Assembly: GCA_951406725.2 (NCBI GenBank)
Contig: OX597820.1
Span: forward strand, 78,988,001 to 79,052,000
Length of the DNA stretch: 64,000 bases
Origin: Octopus vulgaris
Taxonomy: Eukaryota
Direction of reading: 5' to 3'
Below are positions 1 to 14,010 of the stretch, in pieces; positions within the stretch are counted from its first letter, which is position 1; each line of letters starts with the position of its first letter. The notes beneath the pieces are model-generated. The model ran no database searches and was not told where the DNA came from. It saw only the letters and a list, made by a program, of their open reading frames with translations. The translations under genes were made by a program, and so were the position numbers.

Positions 1-69
1 GGAGAATCAGGCAGGGGCTCCTTCACAAGTTTTTAAAATCTAATCATCTCAACGGGAAGTTGATCCCCT

Positions 70-435
70 ATCTTTTTATCTTTTATTTGTTTCTGTCATT
101 GGACTGCAGTCATGATGGGTTTAGCTGAATAAATCCACCCCCACTACTTAATTTTTTTATAAGTCTGGTACATATTCTATCAGCCTCCTTTGCTGAAACA
201 AATTACAAGGGCATAACCAAACCAACACCAGTTATCAAGTGGTGTAGTGACAAACACAAAGACACTCACATATGATAGACTCCCACAGTTTCCATCTACC
301 TCTTTCGCTCACAAGATACTGGTCAGCCAGGTGCTACAAATAGAACACACTTGTCCAACATGCAGCACAATTGGATTGAACCCAAAAACCAGTAGTTGCA
401 AAGCAAGCTTCTTAACCACAAAGCCATGCTTGTGC
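70..435 (-). mobile_element. SINE family A
   Basis: Reverse complement of the family A head and tail 1. Confidence 0.7.
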
Positions 436-2378
436 TTAATCAAGACTGAATTTCATATATTCAGTCGGTCAAACAGCTGAAAGAAAATATGAAAACCAAG
501 TCGTTTCTGGTGGGATCTGAACTTAAATATCATCGGATAAAATCATTTACCCACAACGTATCATCTTCGGTTTTCATAGAAATGATTGCAATATTAAAAA
601 TAAAAGATAAATAGCAAAAATTGCTGGTGCAAGTTACTTCCTAAGAAATATTTCAAAACAAAATTAAATTATTTTCTATAATTAACTAATATAATTCAAG
701 ATATAAAAATATTTGCTGAGATCAGAAAAATATATACAGAAGCACTTTAAGATTGGCAATAATAATGTTGCAAAATTTATATTTTACCAGGATGCATCAA
801 ATAACATTTTTTCACACAGTCTGAGTCAAAAACTGTATCTCACAACCCAATGAGGGTATCTCAAGCTCCTAGAAATAGCACCCAAATATCCTCAAATGAC
901 ACCATGCTATCTTGAAAAAGAAAAAAGAAGGCCAGATTGGATAATGCAATCCTGGATGCCATGTCTTAAAACAAGGACTGGGCAAGGCTGGAATTCTTCT
1001 GATTGTCTTCTTCTTTTCTTATCAGAAGTGGTCTACAGTTATATATAACTAAATAATCCTAAACTTATTTTGGATAATCTTTCAACTTTGTATCTATATT
1101 CCACTACCAGCTTACACTTGTCCATAAATCCATACAACTATATGGCCCCTTTACACACACACACACACACACAGAAGCCAGTATTTTACATTCAAACTTT
1201 CCCTCAAAGACACTTTATACATCAGCCAGACATGTATCCCTCAAATTATACTGTCTTAAAAGGAAGGGACACATTGGACAATGTAGTCCTAGATACATAA
1301 TGCACCAGAGAAAAACAGAATGATTGAGGTTGGAACACTTTTGATCATTTGTCTGCACATTCAGCTATCCTGGAACCAAAACAACAACAAACATATTCAA
1401 TTTATCATCACATTGCTAATCTGCTAATCCTTTATCTCATGATATGTAATCTACATTAAGATTAGATGACACTAAACTAAGTGGAACAGTTCTGTCCATA
1501 AATTTAGATAATTCATAAAATTAATTTCAAATTTTAGCACAAGGCCAGCAATTTCAAGAGGCAGAGTAAGTTGATCACACTGATTCCAGTGTGTAACTGG
1601 TACTTATTTTATTGACCTCAAAAGGATGAAAGGCAAAGCTGACCTTGGTAAACTCAGAGTGTAAAGATGGACAAAATACCATTAAACATTTTACCCAGTG
1701 TGCTAATGTTTCAGCCATTTTGCCACCTTATAATTGCATAAAATATTGGAGCAGGGCTGTCAACAATACAAACTTCTTGTTTTAATGTGACATAAATTTT
1801 AACTTGCATCAAAATTTCATGTTCATTTTTGTTCCAAACACCAGCTAAATTTAGTAAAGTTACTTTACTAAAATTTTTTTTTCTTTTTTTTTTCCCAAAA
1901 TTAACTGTGAAGCAAAGGCGGCATTTTTCAACAGAAATATTATTTACAGTAGCAGGTCAAATATGACCAGATTAACTACTTATATTTTCTGAGAGCTCTA
2001 ATCTAAATTAAGATGGCATTATTTTTAATTCCCGGCATTACATCAGTTGGTCCGATCACTGACATTTGGATTCAAATATTTATTTTTAAAAGAAATGCAT
2101 TCTTTCGGGTGGCATCAACTTAATGAAAATTGTCATTCTCACATTAGTAGGTCATGACAAAATTTAAAAAAAAAAAAAGGATTTAAACGGAAAAATCTTT
2201 CGTAGCTAAACCGAAGACTATATATAATTATTATCAATATTAATTTCAGAATAATTTTTCTAAGTGCTGCTAGCATCTTAGTATTCTTAATAACATAGTA
2301 ATTTTGTGAGCGTTCTAGACATTAAAACACACAGCTATTGATTATTATCAGATAGGATTAACTGAACACATGACACGT

Positions 2379-3649
2379 ATATATTTAGCATGGCTGTCAG
2401 GTAAAATTTCTGTTAATATACAGCTTGAATTAAACAACTATATTCTAAAATGGTGTTCCTACCTGTAACACTCACACCCGATAGTTTTTTTCTTTTTTTT
2501 TAATTAGTAAATAGTTTATAAAGCTAAAACATTTAAATCACATTTTAACTGAATTCAGCATATTTTGAATTTTAGATTTTGTGTCTTAATATCTTTTTAT
2601 TTACTTATGAATCTTTATTTCACTGGTTTCAGTCATTAGGCTGCAGCCATGGGGCATGGACCTTAATGAGTTCAGTTGAATGAATCAATCCCACAACTTA
2701 TTTTTAAGCTTGGTGCTTATTCTATCAGTTTCTTATACTGAACTGTGGGGATGTAAACAAACCAAAACCGGTCACCAAACAGCAGGGTGGACAAATACAA
2801 AGTTACACACACAACAGACTTCCACACAGTTTCCATCTACTAAATTCACTGACAAAGCATAGATCAGCCAAGGACTATAAAAGATACTTGCCTAATGTGT
2901 CATGCAGTGAGACTGAACCCATAACCACATGGTTGCAAAGCAAGATTCTTAACCAAACAGCCATGCTTGCACCTACATGGGGTTCTATTTTATGCATTCA
3001 TATCTGAAAGACATATATTTAGCATGGCTGTCAGGTAAAATTTCTGTTAATATACAGCTTGAATTAAACAACTATATTCTAAAATGGTGTTCCTACCTGT
3101 AACACTCACACCCGATAGTTTTTTTCTTTTTTTTAATTAGTAAATAGTTTATAAAGCTAAAACATTTAAATCACATTTTAACTGAATTCAGCATATTTTG
3201 AATTTTAGATTTTGTGTCTTAATATCTTTTTATTTACTTATGAATCTTTATTTCACTGGTTTCAGTCATTAGGCTGCAGCCATGGGGCATGGACCTTAAT
3301 GAGTTCAGTTGAATGAATCAATCCCACAACTTATTTTTAAGCTTGGTGCTTATTCTATCAGTTTCTTATACTGAACTGTGGGGATGTAAACAAACCAAAA
3401 CCGGTCACCAAACAGCAGGGTGGACAAATACAAAGTTACACACACAACAGACTTCCACACAGTTTCCATCTACTAAATTCACTGACAAAGCATAGATCAG
3501 CCAAGGACTATAAAAGATACTTGCCTAATGTGTCATGCAGTGAGACTGAACCCATAACCACATGGTTGCAAAGCAAGATTCTTAACCAAACAGCCATGCT
3601 TGCACCTACATGGGGTTCTATTTTATGCATTCATATCTGAAAGACATAT
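2379..3649. repeat. Near-perfect 634-bp tandem duplication containing a SINE
   Basis: 2379-3012 is repeated at 3013-3645. Identical ORFs at 2680 and 3313. The only difference seen is T9 vs T8. ATAT microhomology at the junction. Confidence 0.95.
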
Positions 3650-3656
3650 CTGTAAG

Positions 3657-3805
3657 CACTAGTGTAGCTGGGGGGGGGTGCAGTAGGAGCTGTCTGCCCC
3701 GGGCAGCACTTTTGGGGCTGCTGTAGGCAATGTGTTCTTTGTGGGGTCCAAGGGTGGCAAACGGAAGGGCCACCCAGGGCAGCACACACTCTAGCTACAC
3801 TAGTG
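3657..3805. mobile_element. hAT-type MITE (149 bp)
   Basis: 13-bp perfect TIR cactagtgtagct/agctacactagtg; 8-bp TSD tctgtaag/tctgcaag; GC-rich interior. Confidence 0.85.
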
Positions 3806-4165
3806 TCTGCAAGCATTGTCACTATTACATTGTTATCTAAGAAATTCAAAATTAAGAATCTAGTTTCATCATAACTGATAAGGAAATCTCATGTAAAATA
3901 AATCCTACATACCAATAACACCATTCATGTTTATATGAATCTATATGGATCTAATACATAGTTTGTACTATAGTAATAATTGTTTAGCCCCAGGTCAGCC
4001 TAAATGGACACGACTTTGATAAAAAGCATTAGCATGGGAGCCAACATGGTTCAGAATTTAATCTTACTGCGGGGTCTACTTTGGGTGAGGGCATTTTATA
4101 GGTTGAGCAAGTGTAATTTGGAAATAGATGGAAATGAGGAAGCCCAGCATATATGTGCATATATT

Positions 4166-4198
<33 letters not shown>

Positions 4199-5119
4199 GA
4201 ACACACACATTCGTGTGTGTGTGTGTGTGTAAAAATCAATAGCAGTGAAGATGTACACGTTGACACAAAAATAAAAAGAACCACCAGTCTTTGAACAAAA
4301 CCTATTATAATATTTGTTCTGCAGTCAACTGCAAATACTCCCTTGTTACTATCAGTGCCAAAAATGCAATAAGTGATTGGCTTATTGGCAATATATAACC
4401 AATAGCACTATAGTGCACTGCTTTCAATATAAAATATATGTATTTTAGTCATGAGCAACACATTTTGTCTTTTGTTTCCTTCTTTATTTTCTCCATATAA
4501 TGTATCTAGAGCTTTGGATGAGGTCAGGATAATAAGGTACACTTTGAGGGCAATTTAGTTACTATTTCTAACATCATTCAGTAATCCTTTTATGTACAAA
4601 AATAAGGTTGCTAGGTTGACTGAATGTGTAGCTTGTGATAGTCTTTTGTTGTTTTTTTTTAATCTGTTTTTATTCACTACAAAAACATAACTGCAATTAA
4701 GATTCCCCAGGTAAAGATCTCATCAAAATTCGAAATTGTAAACGAAACAATTTAAGATAAAACTGCTTTTTATTCAACATTTCCAATTCACTTATAAATG
4801 TGGTTACTCAATGTATAAATCAAAGGCCTAAAAGAGTTTCGTTTAAACTAAAAAGAAAAAACAGTATGAAGGTCAAGGTGTTGACACAAAGTAACAACCC
4901 TCAACTGTAACCCATTATAATACAGTTTACATCTGTGAAATAAAAAACAAAAACGTTGCTTATCATGAAACAAGTCAAAATAATTTAACACCAAATTTAT
5001 TCTAATTTAATCCTTTCTTTTCTCAGTATTCAAAAACGAAAACTTCAATTGAAACAACTTTTATTTTATTCACACAAATATTAGTATTTCTCACGACCTT
5101 TATAACCCCACATTTAAAT

Positions 5120-5577
5120 TACTTATACAAATTTATCCAAATTAGTACCATTGGCTAATTGAGTTATTTCCCTTAACAGATGAACATGTGTATATGTGAA
5201 AATGTGTGTGTGTGTGTGTGTGTGTGAGTGTATGTGTGTATATATGTATGTATGCGTGTGTATATGTGTGTGTATATGTGTGTATGACAATCCATGTTGA
5301 CAGAAACAGAGAGTGAAAAAGAAGCTGGCAGGATTAGACAGATATAGTATCATGCTGCAATATCCAGGAGAACTTTAGAAGGCTTAACCTAGATGTCTTT
5401 CAAAAATAATGCATTAAAGACAACTGCAATACTATGCTGCATATCAAACTGTGAATAAGATAAAGTTTGGGAAATGAGAAATATGTTTCACAAGTGAAAA
5501 GTGTAAGGAAAATGTATTGCAGAAAACCAACTGAAGGAAATAACTCAATTAGCCAATGGAACAAATCTGGATAAGTA
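5120..5577. mobile_element. MITE with ~45-bp TIRs, TA-flanked (Tc1/mariner-like)
   Basis: ttatcca..ccattggctaattgagttatttcc at 5131-5172 is inverted at 5535-5577. Confidence 0.6.
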
Positions 5578-5609
5578 ATTCAAAGGTGTAGGTGATGTAC
5601 TGAATGTAA

Positions 5610-5925
5610 TCTCTCTCTATATATAAACGGCAAAATGTCTGTCTGTGTGTGTGTCCTTTATACAAACCCACAATTTTTCAGTTAATGGGCTCGCACTTTC
5701 TATGGTCATTCAAAACCATCCAAGGGTGGTCGTGCACATCTTTACATTTCCCCAGTCACTCCACAAAGCCATTAAAAAATCAATAGAAGTTACTTTTTTC
5801 TGAATTTTCTATCCAAAACCCAATCAAAATGCCCGAAACTTGATACGCCAATTGAATGCCAGCTAGCTGTATGCGATTGGTCGGAGATTTGGACAGTACT
5901 CGCATGTATGTGTGCACGCATGCAG

Positions 5926-5973
<48 letters not shown>

Positions 5974-5974
5974 G
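5610..5974 (+). mobile_element. Possible non-autonomous Helitron-like element
   Basis: Starts A|TC..tatatataaacggcaaaatgtctgtctgt, a typical Helitron-like 5' end. CpG-rich interior; CTAG at 5971-5974 after (TA)n. No clear 3' hairpin. Confidence 0.4.
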
Positions 5975-6618
5975 CACTATAAATTCCTAATTAATTCCAA
6001 TACCTCTTAGCTGGAGAAATTAAACAAAATCCTAGAGGTAATTTTTAGTGACACTCAGAAGAAAAGATCATTTTAAGTTATTTTACATGCTTAATGGAAG
6101 AAAAGTCTGATCTTTATTTGAATACAAGGGACAACTATGGGTATGTTTCAGTCTATTCAACCTCATCAATAAAGAGACGAGAAAGTTTTTAACAGAGAAA
6201 AAGAGTTACAAATAATTTTCAACCAGCATAATTTGCAAAATTAAAAATATAACAAGTTAAAGGAAATAACTGAAATGGACTAATAGCATAAATATGGATA
6301 ATTAAGTGTGATGCACTGAAAGTTGCATGCAAAATTTTTTTAAATTAACAGAAATCTCTCTCTTAGTTAGAGGGAGACAGTAAAACCTAGTGACAATCAT
6401 TCACAACTTTCAAAGGAATGCGGAGATAATTTAGAGAAATTAAAATGGTAATACAGTTCTTTTATCTCTAACTTTTTTCAGTCATCAGACCGTGGCCATG
6501 CTGGGGCACTGCCCTGACAAATTAGTCGAACAAATCAACCCCAGTACATTTTTTTCTTCAAGCCATGTGGTTGGGAAGCAAATTATAAACACACAGGCAC
6601 ATCTGCAAACGTTATAAC

Positions 6619-6666
<48 letters not shown>

Positions 6667-6668
<2 letters not shown>

Positions 6669-7001
6669 TGGCTGTGTGGTATGTAGCTGGCTTACTAACC
6701 ACATGGTTCCGGGTTCAGTCCCACTGCATAGCACCTTGAGTGGATTTGGTAGACGGAAACTGAAAGAAGCCCATCGTATGTGTGTGTGTGTGTGTGTGGC
6801 TGTGTGTGTGTGTTTGTCCCCCCCAACATCGCTTGACAACTGGTGTTGGTGTGTTTACATCCCCATAACTCAGCAGTTCAGCAAACGAGACTGATAGAAT
6901 AAGCACTAGGCTTACAAAGAATAAGACTAGGGGTCTAGTTGCTCAATTAAAGGCGGTGCTCCAGTATGGCTGCAGTCAGATGACTGAAACAAGTAAAAGA
7001 A
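6667..7001 (+). mobile_element. SINE family A, tail 1
   Basis: Matches the 16869 copy with an internal deletion. Confidence 0.8.
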
Positions 7002-7381
7002 TTTAATAGTGGGGTCTGTGGAAATTCCACAAAACGAAAAAGATAAAGAGAAACTGTTTAAGAAAGAATGGATGACTTGCATTTTTAGTTTTATTTTGCT
7101 TAGTTATTTCACTTCCAGTCACAATACTATAGTGTAGGAGTGGCTGTGTGGTAAGTAGCTTGGGTACCAACCACATGGTTCCAGGTTCAGTCCCACTGTG
7201 TGGCACCTTGGGCAAGTGTCTTCTACTACAGCTTCAGCCCAACCAAAGCCTTGTGAGTGGATTTAGTAGACAGAAACTGAAAGTAGCCCATTGTGTGTGT
7301 GTGTGTGTGTGTATGTTTGTCCCCCAACATCGCTTGACAACTGGTGTTAGTGTGTTTACGTCCCCATAACTTAGTGGTTTT

Positions 7382-7893
7382 TGAACTCAGAACATGAAGA
7401 TGAACGAAATACCACTAAGCTTTTTCTCCAGCATGCTAACAATTCTGCCAGCTCACCGCCTTAATAATAATGATGATGATAATGGTTTCAAATTTTGCTA
7501 CAAAGGCACCAATTTTGGAGGGGATGGGTCAATTACATTGACCCCAGTGTTCAACTGGTATTTATTTTATCGACCCCAAAAGGATGAAAGGTAAAGTCAA
7601 CCTCAGCAGAATTTGAACTCAGAACATAGCAGCAGACAAAATACTGCTAAGCATTTTGCCCAGCATGCTAATGATTCTGCCAGCTCACCACCTTAATAAT
7701 AATAATGATAATAACGGTTTCAAATTTTGGCACAAGGCCAGCAATTTCAGGGGAAGAGATAAGTCAATTACTTTGACCCCAGTATTTGGCTGATATTTAT
7801 GAAGCACAAAGTTGACCTTGTCAATATTTGAACGGAGAACATAAAGAGATTGGAAGAAATGTCATGTCCTGGGAGGCTAAAATTCTGCCAGCT
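7382..7893 (-). mobile_element. Cluster of three family B SINE copies separated by (AAT)n
   Basis: Repeated gaactcagaacat..attctgccagctcacc blocks. Confidence 0.75.
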
Positions 7894-9798
7894 AATAATA
7901 ATAATATTAATAACTATTTAACATCCATTGTCCATGCTGGCATGGGTTGGATGGTTTGACCAGGGCTGGTAAGCTGGAAGACTGCACCAGATTTGAGTCT
8001 GGTTTGACACTGTTTCCACGGCTGGAATTCCCTTCCTAACACCAACCACTCCAAGAACGTAATAGGTGCTTTTATGTGCCACCAGCACAGGTGCCATGGC
8101 TGTGATTTTGCTCAGCTTGATGGGTCTTTTCCTCGAGCACGACATAATGCCAAAGGTCTTGGTCATTGCCTCCATGAGGCCCAACACTCAAAAGGAAGTT
8201 TACCTCTGCAAGGCCCAATGTTCAATGATAATAATAATCCTTTCTACTAAAGGCACAAAACCTGAATTTGAGAGTAGGAGAACAGCCAGTCGATTACATC
8301 GACCCAGTGATTCACTCGTACTTAATTTATTAACCCCAAAAGGATGCAAGGCAAAGTCGACCTCAGTGGAATTTGAACTCAGAACATAAGGCTGGATGAA
8401 ATGCCACAAAGCATTTTGCTTGGTGTACTAATGATTCTGCCAACTCGCAATAATAATAACGTGGCACAGGGGGATGACAAAGGAATGATGGGAAAATAGG
8501 AAACACACACGATGATACACATACATGCCCAATTCCAACACCTTATCATAGTAACAAGAAAAAGAAACAAAAATTATAATTATGGACTCATTATGCATTT
8601 GAATCGGAAATAGAAGAATACATTTTGAAACTAGTGAAATAGAATGAACTTGTTTCATGGAAAAATTACAATAGAGATAGAGGACATGAGGAATAACTTG
8701 TATAAGGTTTTATTTTATCAAAAATGTTAAAGAGTTCATATCTAAACAAGATATAGACCTCTGAAATAATAGGAAAGATGGCAGAGAAGACATCATGCTG
8801 ACTTTAGATAACGTGAAATGACACAAAATATGAGAAAAATGTCATGTGATATGCATAAAAAGAATTTAAAATTTCTTCCAAAGGATTCTATTTATAGCAG
8901 TAAATCTTATTTCCAAGTTAAAAGACTTTTAACTGCCAGTTTAAAGGTTGCTGGTTCCAGTGCAAGAAGATTCAATTCTGAATACTAGTAACAGATTCAT
9001 CATCATCATCAGTTTTGACATCCACATTTCTATGCTTACATGGGTCGGAAGGAACTTCTTGAGGTGAATTTTCACATGACCAGATGCTCTTCTAGTCAAC
9101 CCTCACCTGTTTCCAAGAAAAATCCTTTCTACTATAGGCACAAAGCCTGAAATTTTGGAGGGGGCTAGCCAATTATATCGGCCCCAGTGCTTGACTGGTA
9201 CTTATTTCATTGACCTCCAAAAGAATGAAAGGCAAAATTGACCACAGTGAAATTTGAACTCAGAACACAAAAACAGATGAAAGGCGGATGATATACAGCT
9301 AAGTATTTTGTCTGGTTTGCTAATGACTGAAAGCACACCACCTTTATTTCCGAGTAAAATAATATTTCCCTGTGACCAGACATCTTTCACATAAATGGAA
9401 GATTGGAGTAGTAATCTGAATGGCATCCATCCTACTCTGAGAATCAAGAAGTGAAAAAACAAAGCAATTATTTGATGGAGATTCTCTTCTGAAGATTATT
9501 GTTGTTTCACCATCATAGGAAAAGCTTTCTACAACTGTAGAAATTTCAGAGTTGTATCTCAATAGCAGCTGACTTGATCTGAAGACCATGTGTTAAGATT
9601 GGAACAATTACTCTGTGGAAGATCTATTATAGCCATTGAAATATATTTCATGATGTTTAACATCATCCAACTGCTACCTGGTCATTGACACTGTTCCACT
9701 GCAACTAACGAACTAATTACATCATTATCATGGTTATGTCATGAAAATATTGACACCTCGTGAAATAAATTGAAAGAGAACTCAACAGCTTTAATAGA

Positions 9799-10190
9799 GG
9801 CACAGGTATGCATAGCTGAGTGGTTAAGAAGCTTGCTTCCCAACCATCTGGTCTTGGGTTCAGCCCCACTACATCTTTGGGCCAACTAAAGCCTTGCAAA
9901 TGGGTTTTGTGGAGAGAAACTGAAAGAAGCCGATGACATATAAGCATGCTGTGTGCATGTTGTCTTGACATTATGTGATGGTCGTAAAGGAGCATCACCA
10001 TCACATGTGCAGGGCTGATTGTTTCCAGTCTTGTGTGAAAAACTTGTGTGACCATGGGGAAATATTACCTTGCTAGGAAACAGGTGAGGGTTGACGACAG
10101 GAAGGGCACCTGAAGGTTGGAAATCTGCTTCAACAAATTCCATCTGACCCATGCAAGAAAGGAGAAGTGAACATTAGATGATGGTGGTGA
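9799..10190 (+). mobile_element. SINE family A with RTE-like tail (type 2)
   Basis: Family A head, then ggaaacaggtgagggttg..aggaagggca..acccatgcaag..(gat)n. Confidence 0.75.
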
Positions 10191-10863
10191 TTCCTAGCAT
10201 TGAGCGTTATTAATTGGTTAGACTAGCTCTTCTATGTTAGAAGTTTAAATTGTATCAATTTTGTACTCAGCCTCATTCAGAAAATTAACAATCCTTAATT
10301 TATGAATTAAGAAAATATTTTCCCATTAGAAACATTGGCCCTTTATTTTGATGTCAAAGTTTAATAGTTCTTGTTTGCATGGGTTGAGTAGGTCTGCAAG
10401 TTATTATATTTAAATCTATTTTTGATATTTCCCCAATCAATGACATCAGTATGGGTTTTACAATACAATCAACAGCAATGATAAGGTTTCTAAATAGTAT
10501 TTAATGGGTTACTAATTTAGTACTCAATCACTAGACAACAGCTGCAATTAATATTTTCTTATATTTACTCCAAACAAATGAACACCAAAATAAATCAAAT
10601 TATTAATTACTATAATAATTACAGAGATAAGTTTTGGATTGTTTTTTTTTTAAATATAATGAACAAGTAATTTCTAATTAATGAAATATTTTTACAATAT
10701 TATGACATTTCATTTTCAAGAATATTTTATTTTCTCTTGAGATTTTTTAGTTGTTTTGTTTTTTGATAATTTTTGTTTGTTTTTTTCCCTGTTAATGTAC
10801 AATGAAGAGGTGAAAGATAGAATTTTTTTAAATATGTGAAAGTGTGAAAAAAATTTTACTCAC

Positions 10864-10897
10864 TGGTTTTAATGCTAATGGTCGCTGAGATTCCACA
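10864..10897 (-). CDS. Probable 34-nt coding microexon following the WW exon (phase 2-0)
   Basis: Minus strand ttctattttcag|TGTGGAATC...AAAACCA|gtgagt. Splicing after the 27554 exon gives AG|T = Ser, then VESQRPLALKP in frame without stops. Confidence 0.6.
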
Positions 10898-11692
10898 CTG
10901 AAAATAGAATTAGATTTATGATGCTAACTCAGATCATCTCAACAAATATTAAATATCAATTAGTAGATTAAATCACACAATATTGATTGATTAATGAACA
11001 AAAAAAGCAAAGACAAAGTTAATAAAAGAGACAGAAATCTGTGGCTTTATTATTTTGGTTATTTAATTTAGGAAGTATCTAACAGTTAAACCATCTGATA
11101 TCTAGCAGATGATTATCAAAGATGGCAATTAATAAAATTAAAATATGAAACAATTGAAAAAAGTAACAATCACAAATTATTTTCTAGCTATTTTCATTTA
11201 TGCATCCTGGAAAGATTGTTATGCGATATACAGGAAAGACTAACAAGAGAGATAACTTTGTAAATTAGCAATACAAATCAAATAGCTAGATAAGGAATTC
11301 ATTGAATCAAGGTTTTGATTTACCAAGAGAAAATGTAAGAATAGAAGCAGGCATGGCCATGTGGTGAGAAGACTGCTTCCCAACCATGTGGTTTTGGTTC
11401 CAGTGCCACTGTGTGGAATGTTGGGCAAATGTCTTCGAGTATAATCTTGGGCCAATCAAAAATTTGTAAGTGGATATGGTAAATAGGAAACTGGAAGAAG
11501 CCCATCACATATGTATGAGTGTGTATGAGAGTGCATGTGTGTGTGTGTTACTTTCTTGTCTTGACTTTTCTTTTCATGACAGTTGCAAATGAGCGTCAAT
11601 ATTACCTTAATTGGAAACAGGTGAGGATTGTCAACAAGAAGGGCATCCAGCCATATAAAAATATACCTCAACAAATTTTGTCCAACCCATGC

Positions 11693-11898
11693 CAGCATTT
11701 AAACTGGCCAAAATATTCTGTTTTATGTTCAAACTGATCAGATCTGGCCTCTCACACATAACCGATGATGTCATTCACATTGTCAAATGATTACATCATC
11801 AAAATCTTGAAAAGTTATAAGATAATGCAAATTTAATTGAAAACAATGGGATGAATAAGAATTGCATTTGATAGAATAATCCAAATGCTAAAGGGTTA
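11693..11898. mobile_element. TTAA-ended MITE family P2 (left end truncated)
   Basis: Ends aatgctaaagggttaa; interior is the reverse complement of the host sequences at 41556-42614 and 48320-48739. Confidence 0.55.
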
Positions 11899-12379
11899 AT
11901 GCAATGATGATGATGTTTGTTAAGTGATTTATTTCCCAAACAGATAAACCAATTATTCCAATTGAACACACAATAGCTGGCAATTTCATTTATTGGGGTT
12001 TGATTCCTTTCTGGTGGTATATACTCTGTATAAACACATGGATTAGAAGTTAGTAATCCATCCTATATGTTGATGTCAATAAACATCTGATTAAATTAAT
12101 ACAAATTCAAGATGCACAAAGCAGACTTATATGATTACGTTTCGTATATAGAATATATAGGCAGAAAAGCTTAGGAAAATCATGAAATATAAATCAGAGC
12201 ATATAATCCATTTATTTTTAGTTATAAAAATATTAAAGGTCATCTATATTTTCCAAAAAGTTTTTCGCTGAGGTAGCAAAAAATCCTATCTTTTCACAGA
12301 AAAAATTCACATACTCTCAAATATTTTAGACATATTTTCTTTAATAATAATAATAATAATAAATATATGTCTAGTTATT

Positions 12380-12420
<41 letters not shown>

Positions 12421-13379
12421 TATAATAACTAGACTAAGCTGGTATCAAAAACATTTGCCTAACCTACATATATAATTTTCATATAAAGGAAACAAATATT
12501 ACATTTTGTAACCTAAGAATCATCATCATCATCATCATCATCAATATTTAATGTCTACTCTTCCAGATTTGCATTAGAGAGAGAATTTTCTTGAGGTTAA
12601 TTTTCTGTGGCTCAATGTCTTTCTTATTGACAACTCTCACCTGTTTCCAAGTACGGTAATATTTCCCCGTGCCCAGAAGTACTTTACAAAGAAGACTAGA
12701 AACAAACAACATCACTTGTATGACAGTGATATTTGATTCCAACCATCACATGTCAACGGAATACACACACACACACACGATATATCATCATCCTCATCAT
12801 CTTTTAACATTCATTTTCCATGCTGATATGGGTTGGAAAGTTTGACAGATCTGGTAAATCAGAGAGCTGCACCAGGCTTCAATAGTGTTCTGGTAAGGTT
12901 TTTACAGTTGGATGCCCTTTCTAAAGCAAGCCACTTTAAAGAGTATACTAGGTGTCTCTTATGTGATGCCAGGACAGGAGGTTTTTACGTAGCACCAGCA
13001 TGGGTTGAAAGAATACCTAAAGTCTTCATGTACAGACAGTTTGATAGTAGAAACAAAAATGTTGGGCAGCCATGGCTCAGGTACAAAAACAAACAGAAAA
13101 GCAATCTTTCAGTAACCAACATACCTTATGAGAACCTTGACCAAGTGGCCTTGGAATGGAAAGACTAGGGATCTGTGAGAGAAGACGGGATCAAGAACTT
13201 CAAATCCAGTTGAATCCATCAGCTATGAGAACTAAGAGGGAGGACAAGCACAGCACAGCACAGCAGCAACACTGTCCCATATTCCACTCTCTTGTGCAAT
13301 CTGTGGACTGGTCTGCAAAACATTGGCAGGACTAAAATGTCATACTTGATGACTTAACCCTCTCAGACCTGGGTCCCTG

Positions 13380-14010
13380 TCATCATCATCATTAAATATC
13401 AGTTGTCCATGCTGGCATGGGTTGGACAGTTTGACTGGGCTGGCATGTTGGAAGGCTGCACCAGACTCCATTCTGATTTGACATGGTTTTTTTTATGGCT
13501 GGATGCCCTTCCTAACGCCAACCACTCCAAGAATATAATGGGTGATTTTACATGCCACTGGCACGGATGCCATTTGTGTGACACCAAGGTGCATTAAAAT
13601 GCCACCAGCATGGGTGCTACGACTGCGGTTTTGCTCAGCTTGATGGGCCTTCTCAAGCACAACATAATGCCAAAGGTCTTGGTCATTGCCTCTGTGAATC
13701 CCAACACTCAAAAGGAACTCATCTATTTTGCTTCCGTGAGGCCCAACACTTGAAAGAAACTCATCTGCTTTGCCTCTGTGAGGCCCAACGCTCAAAAGGA
13801 GCTCATTTGCTATGCCTCTCTGAGGTCCAACGCTCCAAAGGTACTCGTCTATTTTTGCCTCCATGAGGCCCAGCGCTCGAAAGGAACTCATCTGCTTTGC
13901 CTCTGTGAGGTCCAGCGCTCCAAAAGTACTCGTCTATTTTGCCTCCATGAGGCCCAATACTCAAAAGGTACTCAGCCACTTTGCCTCCATAAGGCCCAAT
14001 GCTCGAAAGG
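13380..14010 (-). mobile_element. RTE LINE 3' end (family C) with eight ~42-bp tandem units at its 5' side
   Basis: (GAT)n tail, 3' UTR ggcgttaggaagggcatccagc, and C-terminal-like peptide DQDLWHYVVLEKAHQAE. Units start at about 13688, 13730, 13772, 13814, 13857, 13899, 13941 and 13983. Confidence 0.7.
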
